From contig JAULAX010000015.1 of the NCBI GenBank assembly GCA_032654565.1, forward strand, positions 160,001 to 224,000: a stretch of 64,000 bases of DNA. Direction: 5' to 3'. The notes under the pieces were generated by a model. The model saw only the letters and a list, made by a program, of their open reading frames with translations, was not told the origin of the DNA and made no database searches. Positions 54,917 through 64,000 of the stretch are shown here, piece by piece (the first letter of the stretch is position 1; each line of letters begins with the position of its first letter). Source of the stretch: Anaeromyxobacteraceae bacterium (GTDB lineage: Bacteria > Myxococcota > Myxococcia > Myxococcales > Anaeromyxobacteraceae). A program made the position numbers and the translations under genes.

Positions 54917-57385
54917 GTGAAGAAGCCGAAGCCAGGTGACCGCGCGGCGATTCGAGTGGAGGCGGAGGCGCGGTTCGCCCGCTTTCCGCCGGCCACCGCG
55001 TCGCGCCCGCCCTCCCAGGAGATCCAGCACGAGCTCGAAGTCCACCAGATCGAGCTGGAGATGCAGAACGAGGAGCTGCGGCTCGTCAAGGTCGCCCTCG
55101 AGGAGGCCCGCGACCAGTACCTGGAGCTCTGCGACCTGGCCCCCGTCGGCTATCTCACGGTCGGCGACGGCGAGCTGATCGAGGAGGTCAACCTGGCCGC
55201 CGCGGCGCTCCTGGGCCTCGACCGGGCCAGGCTCCGCGGCCGGCGCTTCGCCTCGGTGGTGGCGCCGGAGTGCGGTGCCGCCTGGCGCCACTTCCTCTCC
55301 GAGGTCAGGGAGGGCGAGGGCTCGCGCGACTGCGACCTCTCGCTGCAGCGGCGTGATGGCTCGGACTTCGAGGCCCACCTCACCGGCCAGCGCCACGAGG
55401 CGTCGGCGGCGGTGCGGCTGGTGCTCACCGACGTCACCTCCCAGAAGCGCGACGAGCGGGCGCTCCGGGAGAGCAAGCTGCGGCTCTCGCTGGTGCTGGA
55501 GGGGAGCGAGGAGGGGGCCTGGGACTGGCTGGTCGGCGAGACCCTGGTCACCGTGAGCCGGCGCTGGCGGGAGATCGTCGGCGCCGCGGGGAGCGGCGAG
55601 GAGAGCACCTACGCCAACCAGCTCTGGGTGGCGGCCATCCACCCCGAGGACTCGCTGCGGGTGCGGGCCGGCGTCGCCGCCCTGGTCCAGGGCACGCTGG
55701 CGCGCTACGACTTCGAGTACCGGCTCCAGCTCCCCGACGGCGCCTGGCGCTGGGTCCGCAGCCGGGCCCGGGCGGTGGTGCGCCACCCCGACGGCACCGC
55801 CCGCCGCATCTCCGGCACGCTCGCCGACATCACCGAGCGCAAGGAGGCGGAGGCGGCGCTGCGGCGGAGCCAGGACCGGTTCCGCGCCCTCATCGACAAG
55901 GGGACTGACCTGATCATGGTGGTCGATCAGGAGGGGCGCTTCCTCTTCGTCAGCCCCAGCGCCACCGAGTGCCTGGGCTGGTCCGACCAGGAGCTGGTGG
56001 GGAAGACCGCCTTCGACCTGGTCCACCCCGACGACCTGGCCCGCCTGTCCGGGACCCTCGCCGAGGGCGTCGGCATTCCCGGCGCCACCCGCAGCGCCCT
56101 GTTCCGCGCCCATCACCGGGACGGGAGCTGGCGGCTGCTCGAGGCCACCGGCCGGAACCTGCTCGGCGACCCGGCGGTGCAGGGGGTGGTGATCAACGCC
56201 CGCGACGTCACCGAGCAGCACCGGCTGGAGGAGCGGGTCCAGGCCACGCAGAAGCTGGAGAGCGTCGGCCGGCTGGCCGGCGGCGTGGCCCATGACTTCA
56301 ACAACCTGCTCACCGTGGTCCTCTCCGGCGTCGAGGAGCTGAAGCGGAACCTCGAGGAGAAGGTCCCCGTCGAGCGGGAGCTGGTGGAGGACATCGGCGC
56401 GGCCGGGGTGCGGGCCCGCAACCTGACCCGGCAGCTGCTGGCCTTCGCCCGCAAGCAGGTGGTGGCCCCGGTGGCCACCGACCTGAACGAGGTGGTGCGG
56501 GGGGCCGAGAGCATGCTCCGCCGCGTCCTGCGCGAGGACGTCGAGCTCACGGTGACGCTGCAGCCCGGGCTCTGGCGCACCTTCTGCGACCCCGGCCAGA
56601 TGGAGCAGGTGCTGATGAACCTGGTGGTCAACTCGCGCGACGCCATCGCCGGCCGCGGCCAGCTCACCATCGAGACCCAGAACTCCAACGTTCCCCTGGC
56701 CGAGGACTCCGAGCAGCAGGCCGGGCAGTGGGTGCGGCTGGTGGTGCGCGACTCGGGGTGCGGCATGTCGACGGAGGTCAAGGCCCACCTCTTCGAGCCC
56801 TTCTTCACCACCAAGGAGCAGGGGAAGGGGACGGGGCTCGGCCTGGCCACCATTTACGGCATCGTCCACCAGGCGGGCGGTCACCTGCACGTGCGGAGCG
56901 AGCCGGGCCAGGGGACCACCTTCGTGGTCTGCCTGCCCCGCCACCTCGCGGACGCCGCGCCGGTGGAGGCGGCGGAAGCGGCGACGGGGACGTCGCTGGC
57001 GAACGCGGCCCGCGGCTCGGAGACCATCCTGGTGGTCGAGGACGAGCCGAGCATCCGCAAGGTGGTGCTCCGGGTGCTGGAGGGGGCCGGCTACCGGGTG
57101 CTGCTGGTGCCCGACGGCGCCGCGGTGCGGGCGCTCGGCGACGAGCAGGTGGCCGGGCTCCAGCTGCTGCTCACCGACGTCATCATGCCGGGGCTGAGCG
57201 GCGTCGAGGTGGCGCGGGAGGTTCGCCAGCGCCACCCCGGCCTGCCGGTGCTCTACATGTCCGGCTACGCCCAGGACGCCTTCGCCGGGAACAGCGCCGT
57301 CGAGGCCGGGGTGCAGGTCCTGCCCAAGCCCTTCACGCCGGCGGTGCTGCTCTCGCGGGTCCGGCCCCTCCTCGACGGGGAGTGA
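54917..57385 (+). CDS. Multi-PAS hybrid sensor histidine kinase
   Basis: [16 protein letters not shown], three PAS-like domains, [28 protein letters not shown] and a C-terminal receiver (LLTDVIMP). Confidence 0.92.
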   Translation: MKKPKPGDRAAIRVEAEARFARFPPATASRPPSQEIQHELEVHQIELEMQNEELRLVKVALEEARDQYLELCDLAPVGYLTVGDGELIEEVNLAAAALLGLDRARLRGRRFASVVAPECGAAWRHFLSEVREGEGSRDCDLSLQRRDGSDFEAHLTGQRHEASAAVRLVLTDVTSQKRDERALRESKLRLSLVLEGSEEGAWDWLVGETLVTVSRRWREIVGAAGSGEESTYANQLWVAAIHPEDSLRVRAGVAALVQGTLARYDFEYRLQLPDGAWRWVRSRARAVVRHPDGTARRISGTLADITERKEAEAALRRSQDRFRALIDKGTDLIMVVDQEGRFLFVSPSATECLGWSDQELVGKTAFDLVHPDDLARLSGTLAEGVGIPGATRSALFRAHHRDGSWRLLEATGRNLLGDPAVQGVVINARDVTEQHRLEERVQATQKLESVGRLAGGVAHDFNNLLTVVLSGVEELKRNLEEKVPVERELVEDIGAAGVRARNLTRQLLAFARKQVVAPVATDLNEVVRGAESMLRRVLREDVELTVTLQPGLWRTFCDPGQMEQVLMNLVVNSRDAIAGRGQLTIETQNSNVPLAEDSEQQAGQWVRLVVRDSGCGMSTEVKAHLFEPFFTTKEQGKGTGLGLATIYGIVHQAGGHLHVRSEPGQGTTFVVCLPRHLADAAPVEAAEAATGTSLANAARGSETILVVEDEPSIRKVVLRVLEGAGYRVLLVPDGAAVRALGDEQVAGLQLLLTDVIMPGLSGVEVAREVRQRHPGLPVLYMSGYAQDAFAGNSAVEAGVQVLPKPFTPAVLLSRVRPLLDGE

Positions 57386-57449
57386 CAGCGCCCCTCGCCT
57401 GGCCCGCGCCGCGGCGGGGATCGGTCGAGCCGTGCGGCTCGCTGAGGAC

Positions 57450-58637
57450 TCAGGTGGCGCGGGTGGCGGCGGCGAAGGCGCTGGCGTCGTCGGCCGGACC
57501 GGCGGCGGCGATGCGGGTGCCGGCCAGGACGCGGATGCGGGTGCCGCGCCAGTCGACGGTGCTGCGCACCAGGCCGCGGGCCCAGGCCAGAGCGTAGACC
57601 AGGTCCTTGAGCGGCACCAGGGCGAGCTGGAGCAGGCGGAAGCCGCCGGGGCGCAGGGCCCGGCCGCAGGCGCCGTCGAGGCAGGCCTTGCCGGCCGAGA
57701 GGGCGCACAGGGCGGCCAGGGTGAAGGCGCCGGGCTCGGCGGCCAGCGCCGCCGCCGCCAGCAGCACCGGGTTGAGGCAGGCCTGGGAGAGGTGGACGAA
57801 GCGCCCGGTGACGGTCCGGTTGAGCACCGCCCAGCGGCCGTAGCGGGCCACGAAGTCGCCGACGCCGCGCCGGACGCTGACGTTCTGGATGGGGCGCCGG
57901 GCCAGCACCACCTTCTTGCCCAGCACCCGCGAGACCATCCGCCCCAGCACGAAGTCCTCGGCCAGCACGTCCTTGGCCGCCTCGAAGCCGCCCAGCGCCG
58001 CCAGGTCCTCGCGCCGGAACGCCATGGACTTGCCCACCACGATGTCCAGCCCGGCCAGCGCCTGGGCCGCCACCACCCCCGGGGCCACGCTGCCGGCCAG
58101 GTGGAGGTGGTCGAAGAGCGAGCCGAGCCGGCGCTCGCCGACCCCGGCGATGGCGTGGGTCACCAGCCCCACCGCGGGGTCCTCGAGCAGCGCCGCGATC
58201 TCGGAGAGGTAGCCCGGCTCCACCCGCACGTTGGAGTCGCTCACCACGAGCAGCGGGTGGCGGGCGGCCCGGGCCAGGGTGATGAGCTGGTTCACCTTGG
58301 GGTTGAGCCCCGGCTCGCCGCGCTGGACGACCAGCCGGAAGCGGCCGGGGAAGCGGGCCTGGAAGCGGCGGGCCACCGGGCAGGCGGCGTCGTCCGTGCT
58401 GCGTACCCCGAGCAGCACCTCGTAGTCCGGCCAGTCGAGCGCCGCGAAGCAGGCCAGGTTCTGCTCCAGCTCGTCGTCGACGCCGCAGAGCGGCTTGAGC
58501 ACCGAGATGCCGGGTCGGCCCCGCGGCACCGCCACCGGGGCCCGCAGGTGGCGGCGCAGGGCGATGAGCTGGGCGAGGAGCAGCAGGGTGCCGGCGGCGG
58601 CGGCGGCCAGCAGGGTCAGCGCGAGCGCGTGGGCCAT
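57450..58637 (-). CDS. Ceramide glucosyltransferase-like glycosyltransferase (GT21/HpnI-like)
   Basis: [31 protein letters not shown] and RYGRW. Confidence 0.88.
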   Translation of the reverse strand: MAHALALTLLAAAAAGTLLLLAQLIALRRHLRAPVAVPRGRPGISVLKPLCGVDDELEQNLACFAALDWPDYEVLLGVRSTDDAACPVARRFQARFPGRFRLVVQRGEPGLNPKVNQLITLARAARHPLLVVSDSNVRVEPGYLSEIAALLEDPAVGLVTHAIAGVGERRLGSLFDHLHLAGSVAPGVVAAQALAGLDIVVGKSMAFRREDLAALGGFEAAKDVLAEDFVLGRMVSRVLGKKVVLARRPIQNVSVRRGVGDFVARYGRWAVLNRTVTGRFVHLSQACLNPVLLAAAALAAEPGAFTLAALCALSAGKACLDGACGRALRPGGFRLLQLALVPLKDLVYALAWARGLVRSTVDWRGTRIRVLAGTRIAAAGPADDASAFAAATRAT

Positions 58638-58757
58638 GCGGGGAGGCTGCCCGGGCCGTGCGACGGAACGGCGAACGGCCTGCGACGATCCTGCGAACTT
58701 CGGGTGAGCTCACGCCCGGCCGTGTGTCGAAGGCCCGCGAGCCTCGAGTCACCGTCA

Positions 58758-58814
58758 CCACGGCGAGTCGAAGCTCCGCACCCGCTGGTTTAACGCCCCC
58801 ACGGCGAGTCGAAG
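58758..58814. repeat. 16-bp direct repeat duplicating a gene 3' end
   Basis: CCACGGCGAGTCGAAG at 58758 and 58799. Confidence 0.85.
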
Positions 58815-59620
58815 GACCAGACCGCGTCGACGAGCGGCAGCGCCACCGAGGTGCGGGTGCCGTAGGGGAACCGGGCCCAGGACCAGGTGGCGCCGGCGTG
58901 GACCTCGAAGCCGGGGCGCGGGCGCCAGGTGGCCACCACGCTCCACTCCACCGCCCGGTCCCCCTTCAGCCCGGGGAAGTAGAAGCCGTCCAGCGTGACC
59001 CGGTAGCCGAAGGTGCCGGCGATGGGCCCCTGGGCGGCCACGCCCCCGTCGACGCTCCAGCCGGTGAACCAGGCCGCCATGCGCGGCCAGGCGTAGTGCC
59101 ACTCGACCTGGCTCCAGAACCTGGGCCCGTCCCAGGCGGTCAGGTTCCTGGCCAGCGTCCCGCCGGCCCGGGCCGAGACCAGGTGGCCGCCGGGCAGCTC
59201 GCGGGTGGCGAGCAGGTGGCTGGCGAAGGCGACGATGTGCGGGTAGGTGACGTCGGAGGGGACGATGCCGCCGGTCCCCTCCCGGGCCAGCAGCCGCATC
59301 AGCGGCGTCGGGTAGGCGAGGCCATGCTCGCTGGCCCACTCCAGCCCGGCCGCCCGGCCCCAGCCCACCCGCAGCGCGGCGTTGGAGACGACCAGCATCC
59401 AGAGCGGATGGGCGGAGAGCTCGAGCCGGTCGGCGACGCCCCAGCGGAGCGGGGCGAAGACCCCCAGCTCCATGCGGCCGGGCGCCACCAGCCGGGCGGT
59501 GTCGGGGGCGAAGCGGGCCGGGGTGAGGTCGGGCGGGGGCTCGTCGGCGAGCGCGCCTGCGGGCCCGGAGGTCAGCGCGGCGGCGAGGAACAGCAGCGCG
59601 GCGAGCCCGCGGGCGGTCAC
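58790..59620 (-). CDS. Exported hypothetical protein, possibly a beta-barrel
   Basis: GTG overlaps the upstream stop; signal peptide; aromatic-rich alternating strands; near-terminal DAVWSF. Confidence 0.7.
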   Translation of the reverse strand: MTARGLAALLFLAAALTSGPAGALADEPPPDLTPARFAPDTARLVAPGRMELGVFAPLRWGVADRLELSAHPLWMLVVSNAALRVGWGRAAGLEWASEHGLAYPTPLMRLLAREGTGGIVPSDVTYPHIVAFASHLLATRELPGGHLVSARAGGTLARNLTAWDGPRFWSQVEWHYAWPRMAAWFTGWSVDGGVAAQGPIAGTFGYRVTLDGFYFPGLKGDRAVEWSVVATWRPRPGFEVHAGATWSWARFPYGTRTSVALPLVDAVWSFDSPWGR

Positions 59621-60687
59621 GGCCCCACCACCCAGTCGGCCACCACCGGCACGTGGTCGGAGAGCAGCAGCGCCTCCTGCCGGACCCGGACGCTGCCCGG
59701 CGCCCAGGCGCGGTTGGTGAAGAGGTGGTCGAGCTTGCGGTTGAGCGGGAAGGCCTCGTCGCCCACGAAGGTGTACCAGGGGACCGGGTCGGCCCCGAAG
59801 GCCGCCGCGGTGACGTCGGGGGTGTAGGCGGCGTAGAGCGGGTCGAGCCAGGTCTCCTCGCCGGTGTAGGCGTCGGGGGCGAAGCGGCCGTCGGTGCAGG
59901 CGGCGTCCTCGGGGAAGCCGGCGCGGAGCGGGCTGGTGGGCGGGATGGAGTTGAGGTCGCCGCCGCCCAGCACCGGCAGGCCGCGGGCTGAGAGGTCGTC
60001 GAGCAGCGCCTTGAAGCGGCGCAGGTGCTCGAGCTTGGTGCCGTCTTTGGCGAAGGCCTCGGCGTGCAGGTCCACCACCGCCAGCTCGCCCAGCCCCGGC
60101 ACCGCCAGGTGGACCTCCAGCATGTTCCGCTTCAGGTAGAAGTAGCGCTCCAGCGCCGAGATGTCGGTCTGCAGCGGCAGGGCGTGGCGGGTGGCCGAGG
60201 CGATGGGCCAGCGGGAGAGCACGGCGTTGCCGGTGTCGATGGGCCCCTGGCCGTCGGAGGGGATGTAGTCGGCCTTCCACTGCGAGGCGTAGGCGGCGTG
60301 GTTGAGACCGCTGCCGTCGAGCAAGAGCTGCACCTGGTCCACGTACGCCGACCGCTTGGAGGCGCCGGTGTCCACCTCCTGGAGCAGCACGATGTCTGGG
60401 TCGAGCGACTTCAGGAAGGCGGCCAGCGCCCCGACGTTGCCGCGCACCTCGGCCTCGGTCATCAGCACGCGGGTGCCGCGGCACTCCCAGAAGAAGCGCA
60501 GCCGGGCCCCGCCGTACTTGACGTTCCAGGTGACCACCCGCAGCGGCCCGGCCGGGGCCGGCTCGGGGCCGGGGCGGCTGGCCCGGTAGAGGACCGCCCG
60601 CTCGGTGTCCTGGAAGCCGGTGTTGAAGGGGTCGCAGGCGGCCAGCAGCGCGAGCGCGACGAAGAGGTGCTGGCTGCGACGGGCCAT
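59617..60687 (-). CDS. Endonuclease/exonuclease/phosphatase family lipoprotein
   Basis: Lipobox LAAC; VVTWNVK, LLQEVD, GNAVLSRWP, GGDLN, LDHLF and SDHVP. Confidence 0.9.
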   Translation of the reverse strand: MARRSQHLFVALALLAACDPFNTGFQDTERAVLYRASRPGPEPAPAGPLRVVTWNVKYGGARLRFFWECRGTRVLMTEAEVRGNVGALAAFLKSLDPDIVLLQEVDTGASKRSAYVDQVQLLLDGSGLNHAAYASQWKADYIPSDGQGPIDTGNAVLSRWPIASATRHALPLQTDISALERYFYLKRNMLEVHLAVPGLGELAVVDLHAEAFAKDGTKLEHLRRFKALLDDLSARGLPVLGGGDLNSIPPTSPLRAGFPEDAACTDGRFAPDAYTGEETWLDPLYAAYTPDVTAAAFGADPVPWYTFVGDEAFPLNRKLDHLFTNRAWAPGSVRVRQEALLLSDHVPVVADWVVGP

Positions 60688-60762
60688 GCGGCTTCCTCCC
60701 CACGCGGAGACGAGGTGGCCACGACAGGGTATCTTGTTTGCCTTTCCCGTGAGGAGAACCCG

Positions 60763-62079
60763 ATGCGCTACGACCCCCTCCGCGACCTCCCCGCCACCCC
60801 CGGCTGGAAGCCCGGCGACGTGCTGGTCGTCTTCGGCGAGCTCTTCGGCCGCGGCTACGCCAACGGCATCGTCGACGAGGCGCGACGGGCGGGGATGACG
60901 CTGGTGGGCGCCACCGTGGGCCGGCGCGACGGGAGCGACGGCCCCCTGCGCCCCCTCAACGGCGAGGAGCTGGCGGTGGCCGAGGCCAACCTGGGCGGCC
61001 GGATCGTCAACGTGCCGCTGGAGGCCGGCTTCGATCTCGAGGCGGTGGACGGCGCCCCCTCGCCCGCCGAGCAGCTGAAGCGGCTCAAGGGGGAGAACTG
61101 GCGCGACCTGACCTTCGACCAGGCGGCCCTGGCGGCCTCGCGGGCGGCCGGCGCGGCGCGCTTCGAGCGGAACGCCGCCGCCTTCGCGGCCGAGCTGGCC
61201 ACGCTGGTGCCGGCCGGCGCCAACCTGCTCATCGTCCACACCATGGCCGGCGGCGTGCCGCGGGTCCGCTCGCTGCTGCCGCTGATGACGCGCCTCTTCC
61301 GCGGCACCGGCGAGAAGCACCTGGCCTCCGGCCCGGTCTGGGAGACCGAGCTGGGGCGGCTCTGGGGCTCGAGCTTCGAGGAGGTGACGGCGCGCACCTT
61401 CCAGCGGCTGGTGGCCGCCACCGCCCCGCTGCGGACGCCGGGCCGGCGGGTGCGCTACGTGGCCTACGGCTACCACGGCTGCGAGGTGCTGGTGGGCGGC
61501 CGGCTCACCTGGCAGAGCTACACCCCGTACCTGCAGGGCTGGGCCAAGAAGCAGCTCGAGCAGCACGCCGAGGAGGCCTGGCGCGACGGGGTGCGCTGCA
61601 CCGTCTTCAACTCGCCGGAGATCTGGACCAACTCCAGCGCCCTGTTCAGCGGCGTCGAGCTCTCGCTCTACCCGCTGCTCACCGCCATCCGCGAGGCCGG
61701 CCGCGCCGCGGGGGGCGCGGGGACGGCAGCTGCCGATGCCGTCTGGGCGCGCTGCCGGGCCCTGCTCAAGGAGGGGACCACGCTGGAGGCGATGCTGGCG
61801 CGGGCCGACCGCTTCCTCGCCGACCCGGTGCTGGCCCCGTTCCGCGATCTCGCCGGGTGGCCACACCACTCCACGCGCGAGGAGATGGAGCTGATGCTGC
61901 CGGCCGCCGACGAGGTGCTGGCCTTCAGCGCCGACCAGAAGGAGACCGTGGCCGGCGAGCTCTCGCGCCAGGTCTTCGGCGCCGTCGGCCGGCTCATGCT
62001 GGCGGAGGCCTGGGAGCCGGCGTCGCCGGTCCGCTGGCTCAACCACGACGTGATCGCGAAGCGGGTGGTGACGGGGTAG
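60763..62079 (+). CDS. FabMG-family enoyl-ACP reductase
   Basis: GDVLVVFGELFGRGYANG, TVGRRD, VPLEAGFD, HTMAGGVPR, YGYHG and WQSYTPYLQGWAK (recalled family signature); GAGGAG RBS. Confidence 0.8.
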   Translation: MRYDPLRDLPATPGWKPGDVLVVFGELFGRGYANGIVDEARRAGMTLVGATVGRRDGSDGPLRPLNGEELAVAEANLGGRIVNVPLEAGFDLEAVDGAPSPAEQLKRLKGENWRDLTFDQAALAASRAAGAARFERNAAAFAAELATLVPAGANLLIVHTMAGGVPRVRSLLPLMTRLFRGTGEKHLASGPVWETELGRLWGSSFEEVTARTFQRLVAATAPLRTPGRRVRYVAYGYHGCEVLVGGRLTWQSYTPYLQGWAKKQLEQHAEEAWRDGVRCTVFNSPEIWTNSSALFSGVELSLYPLLTAIREAGRAAGGAGTAAADAVWARCRALLKEGTTLEAMLARADRFLADPVLAPFRDLAGWPHHSTREEMELMLPAADEVLAFSADQKETVAGELSRQVFGAVGRLMLAEAWEPASPVRWLNHDVIAKRVVTG

Positions 62080-62115
62080 CGGGGGGTGGGGGCGCCGCGG
62101 GAGCGGCGGCGGTTC

Positions 62116-62750
62116 ACGGCGGGCGGAAGGCGTAGCGAAGGGGCGCGGGCGGGCGGGGCTGCGAACGGCGCCGGTTGCGTGCGAGGCGGCTGGTGCCGAT
62201 CGCCGAGCGGGAGGCGCAGCGAAGGGTGCGTGGGTTCGGCCGGCGGCGCACGGCGGGCGGGCGGCGGTGCGAAGGGGCGCGGGGACGGGCGGGGCTGTTC
62301 GTCGAGCGGGAGGCGTAACGAGGGGGAGCGGGGCCTGCGCTGGGGCAGGTGGCTCCCGAGCGAGGTCCCTCCTTCGCGAGTCCCGACGTCGGGAAACGTA
62401 CCGCCGGTACGTCCAAGGAACTTCCAATGTATTCACGGTGGCTTGGACACTCACCGCGGCGCGTACCCAGAGTCATTTCGGGCGCCCGAAATGACGCTGC
62501 GTCCGTGTGGCCGGGGCACGGAAGAGCCGGCCCTGGCAGCCCTGCGGCCCCCCTCCCCTCGGCGGCCCCTCCCCCCCGCGACGTCCCCTCCCCTCGACGG
62601 CCGGTCGCGTCCGACGCGGAGCCGCTCGTCCGCGCCCTCCCCTTCGCCGCGCCGCTCGCCCGCGCACTCCCCTTCGCTGCGCCTCTCGATCGCGCTCCGG
62701 AGACGTTCGCCCGGGCTCACCGCCCGGCGCCGCCCTCCCCTACGCCTTCC
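62116..62750. repeat. Intergenic element with repeated, mutually inverted arms and a palindromic core
   Basis: Four AGGCG(C/T)AGCGAAGGG-like motifs on the left; two inverted copies on the right inside a 30-bp tandem (62621, 62651); palindromes at 62381, 62396 and 62472. Confidence 0.7.
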
Positions 62751-63921
62751 CGAACAGGAACTTCTCGTCCTGGAAGGCGCGGATGGTGAGCGCCGTCACC
62801 AGCGCCGCCCAGAGCAGCGTCGAGCTCATGCAGAGCGCCATCTGGGAGGGCTCCACCGGCTCGCCGCGCAGCAGCCGGTTGACCAGCAGCTGGTCGCCGA
62901 AGGCCGGGATGGCCAGCATCCAGAGCTTGAGCTTGATGGGCACCAGGCCGAGGACGATGCCGGGGGTGGCCGGCACCAGCATCATGAAGGATACGCTCGA
63001 CTGGGCGGCGCGGAAGGTGCGGGCCCGCGAGGCCACCAGCAGGATGAAGGCGCTCACCAGCAGCAACAGCGGCAGCATCAGCGCCAGGATGCGCGCCAGC
63101 ACCGACACGTCGAGCCGCATGGAGAAGCCCAGCGTCTCCAGCGGCACCAGCAGCGGCACGAAGCCGAAGCCGACGGTGGTCTCCAGCAGCGCCACCCCGG
63201 CGAAGGTCGCGGTGGCCAGCAGCTTGCCCAGCACCACCGCCGAGCGCGGCACCGGGTGGAGCAGCAGCCCCTCCAGCGACTGCCGCTCGCGCTCGCCGGC
63301 GGTGGCGTCGATGGCCACCGACATCCCGCCGGTGAAGAGGGCGATGATCAGGAAGTAGGGGAGCATGGAGAGCAGCATGGCGGCGCGGCTCTGCGGCGTG
63401 GCCAGGTCCACCTCCTCCACCGCCAGCGCCGTCACCGCCGCCGGGTGGACGCCGCGCAGCACCAGCCGCTGCACGCCGATGCGCCGCGAGTAGCCCTCCA
63501 GCAGCGACTTGACCCGGGCCACCGCCGAGTGCGAGGTCCGCCGCGACTCGTCGAGGTAGAGCTTCACCGGGGCCGGGCGCCCCGCCCGCAGCGCCTCGGC
63601 GTGGTCGGCCGGGATCTCCAGCACCACGTCGGCGTCCCCCAGCCGGACCGCGGCGGCCGGGTCGGCCGGCGCCGCCTTCACCTCGACGCCGCGCTCGTTG
63701 AGGAAGGCCATCAGGTTGGGGGCGCGCTCGGCCGCCACCACCGGCAGCGCCACCGGCTTCTGGTCCACCTCGCGCGCCTCGCGGGAGACCAGCGTGAGCG
63801 TCCCGGCCAGCACCAGGGGGCCGAAGACCGGGAAGAAGAGCACCATCGCCAGGGTGCGCCGGTCGCGCAGGCTGTCGACCACCTCCTTCTTGAAGACCAC
63901 GCCGAGCAGGTCCCACCTCAT
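62740..63921 (-). CDS. ABC exporter permease, NatB-like
   Basis: VFKKEVVDSLRDRRTL, AIDATAGERERQSLEGLL, GKL and ARTFRAAQS. Confidence 0.88.
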   Translation of the reverse strand: MRWDLLGVVFKKEVVDSLRDRRTLAMVLFFPVFGPLVLAGTLTLVSREAREVDQKPVALPVVAAERAPNLMAFLNERGVEVKAAPADPAAAVRLGDADVVLEIPADHAEALRAGRPAPVKLYLDESRRTSHSAVARVKSLLEGYSRRIGVQRLVLRGVHPAAVTALAVEEVDLATPQSRAAMLLSMLPYFLIIALFTGGMSVAIDATAGERERQSLEGLLLHPVPRSAVVLGKLLATATFAGVALLETTVGFGFVPLLVPLETLGFSMRLDVSVLARILALMLPLLLLVSAFILLVASRARTFRAAQSSVSFMMLVPATPGIVLGLVPIKLKLWMLAIPAFGDQLLVNRLLRGEPVEPSQMALCMSSTLLWAALVTALTIRAFQDEKFLFGKA

Positions 63922-64000
63922 CCCAGCCCCTCCTCGGTGCCGATGGCCGCCACGAAGGCGTCCTCCAGCGTCGACTTGCCGGTGGCCGCCTTGAGCGCCT
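63918..64000 (-). CDS. ABC exporter ATP-binding protein (NatA-like), C-terminal end only
   Basis: ALKAATGKSTLEDAFVAAIGTEEGLG*; ATGA overlap with the permease. Confidence 0.75.
   Translation of the reverse strand, partial: ALKAATGKSTLEDAFVAAIGTEEGLG

Noticed and set aside
62114..62789. Short ORFs in the fabMG-natB intergenic region
   Set aside because: No RBS or codon bias; their periodicity reflects the DNA repeats.
1..64000. tRNA/rRNA genes and clear Rho-independent terminators
   Set aside because: No cloverleaf or rRNA signatures noticed; the GC hairpins seen lack U-tracts, so none were called.

Overview
Very GC-rich (~75%) chromosomal segment whose gene set and protein style suggest a Myxococcota bacterium, most like Anaeromyxobacter (inference). 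It is mostly housekeeping: rnj (partial), yajQ, rimO, aguB-aguA, lolA, metH, dnaB, thiE/thiD, htrA-like, ygiQ-mnmA-bioA-bioD, thiolase, tatBC, an MCP, PBP1A, an RluA-type synthase, CheB-CheR plus a PAS hybrid kinase, a GT21 glucosyltransferase, a FabMG-like enoyl-ACP reductase and a NatAB-like ABC exporter. No rRNA, tRNA or CRISPR array was seen. The strongest candidate for an undescribed system lies at 13.7-18.0 kb. There a long Y1/HUH (RAYT-like) transposase sits with its own family of ~60-80 bp modular repeats: two tandem copies, a third direct copy and one inverted end motif. These bracket both the transposase and a neighbouring 2.8-kb beta-propeller lipoprotein gene like a cassette. Other notable signals: a ~660-bp inverted-arm, palindrome-rich intergenic element at 62.1-62.7 kb; an 11-bp-phased DnaA-box-like array upstream of dnaB; an RHH/ParE-like toxin-antitoxin pair; tandem palindromic operators at 5451-5490; and two apparent G-homopolymer frameshifts that are probably sequencing errors. 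All family calls come from motif recognition by eye, not from database searches.
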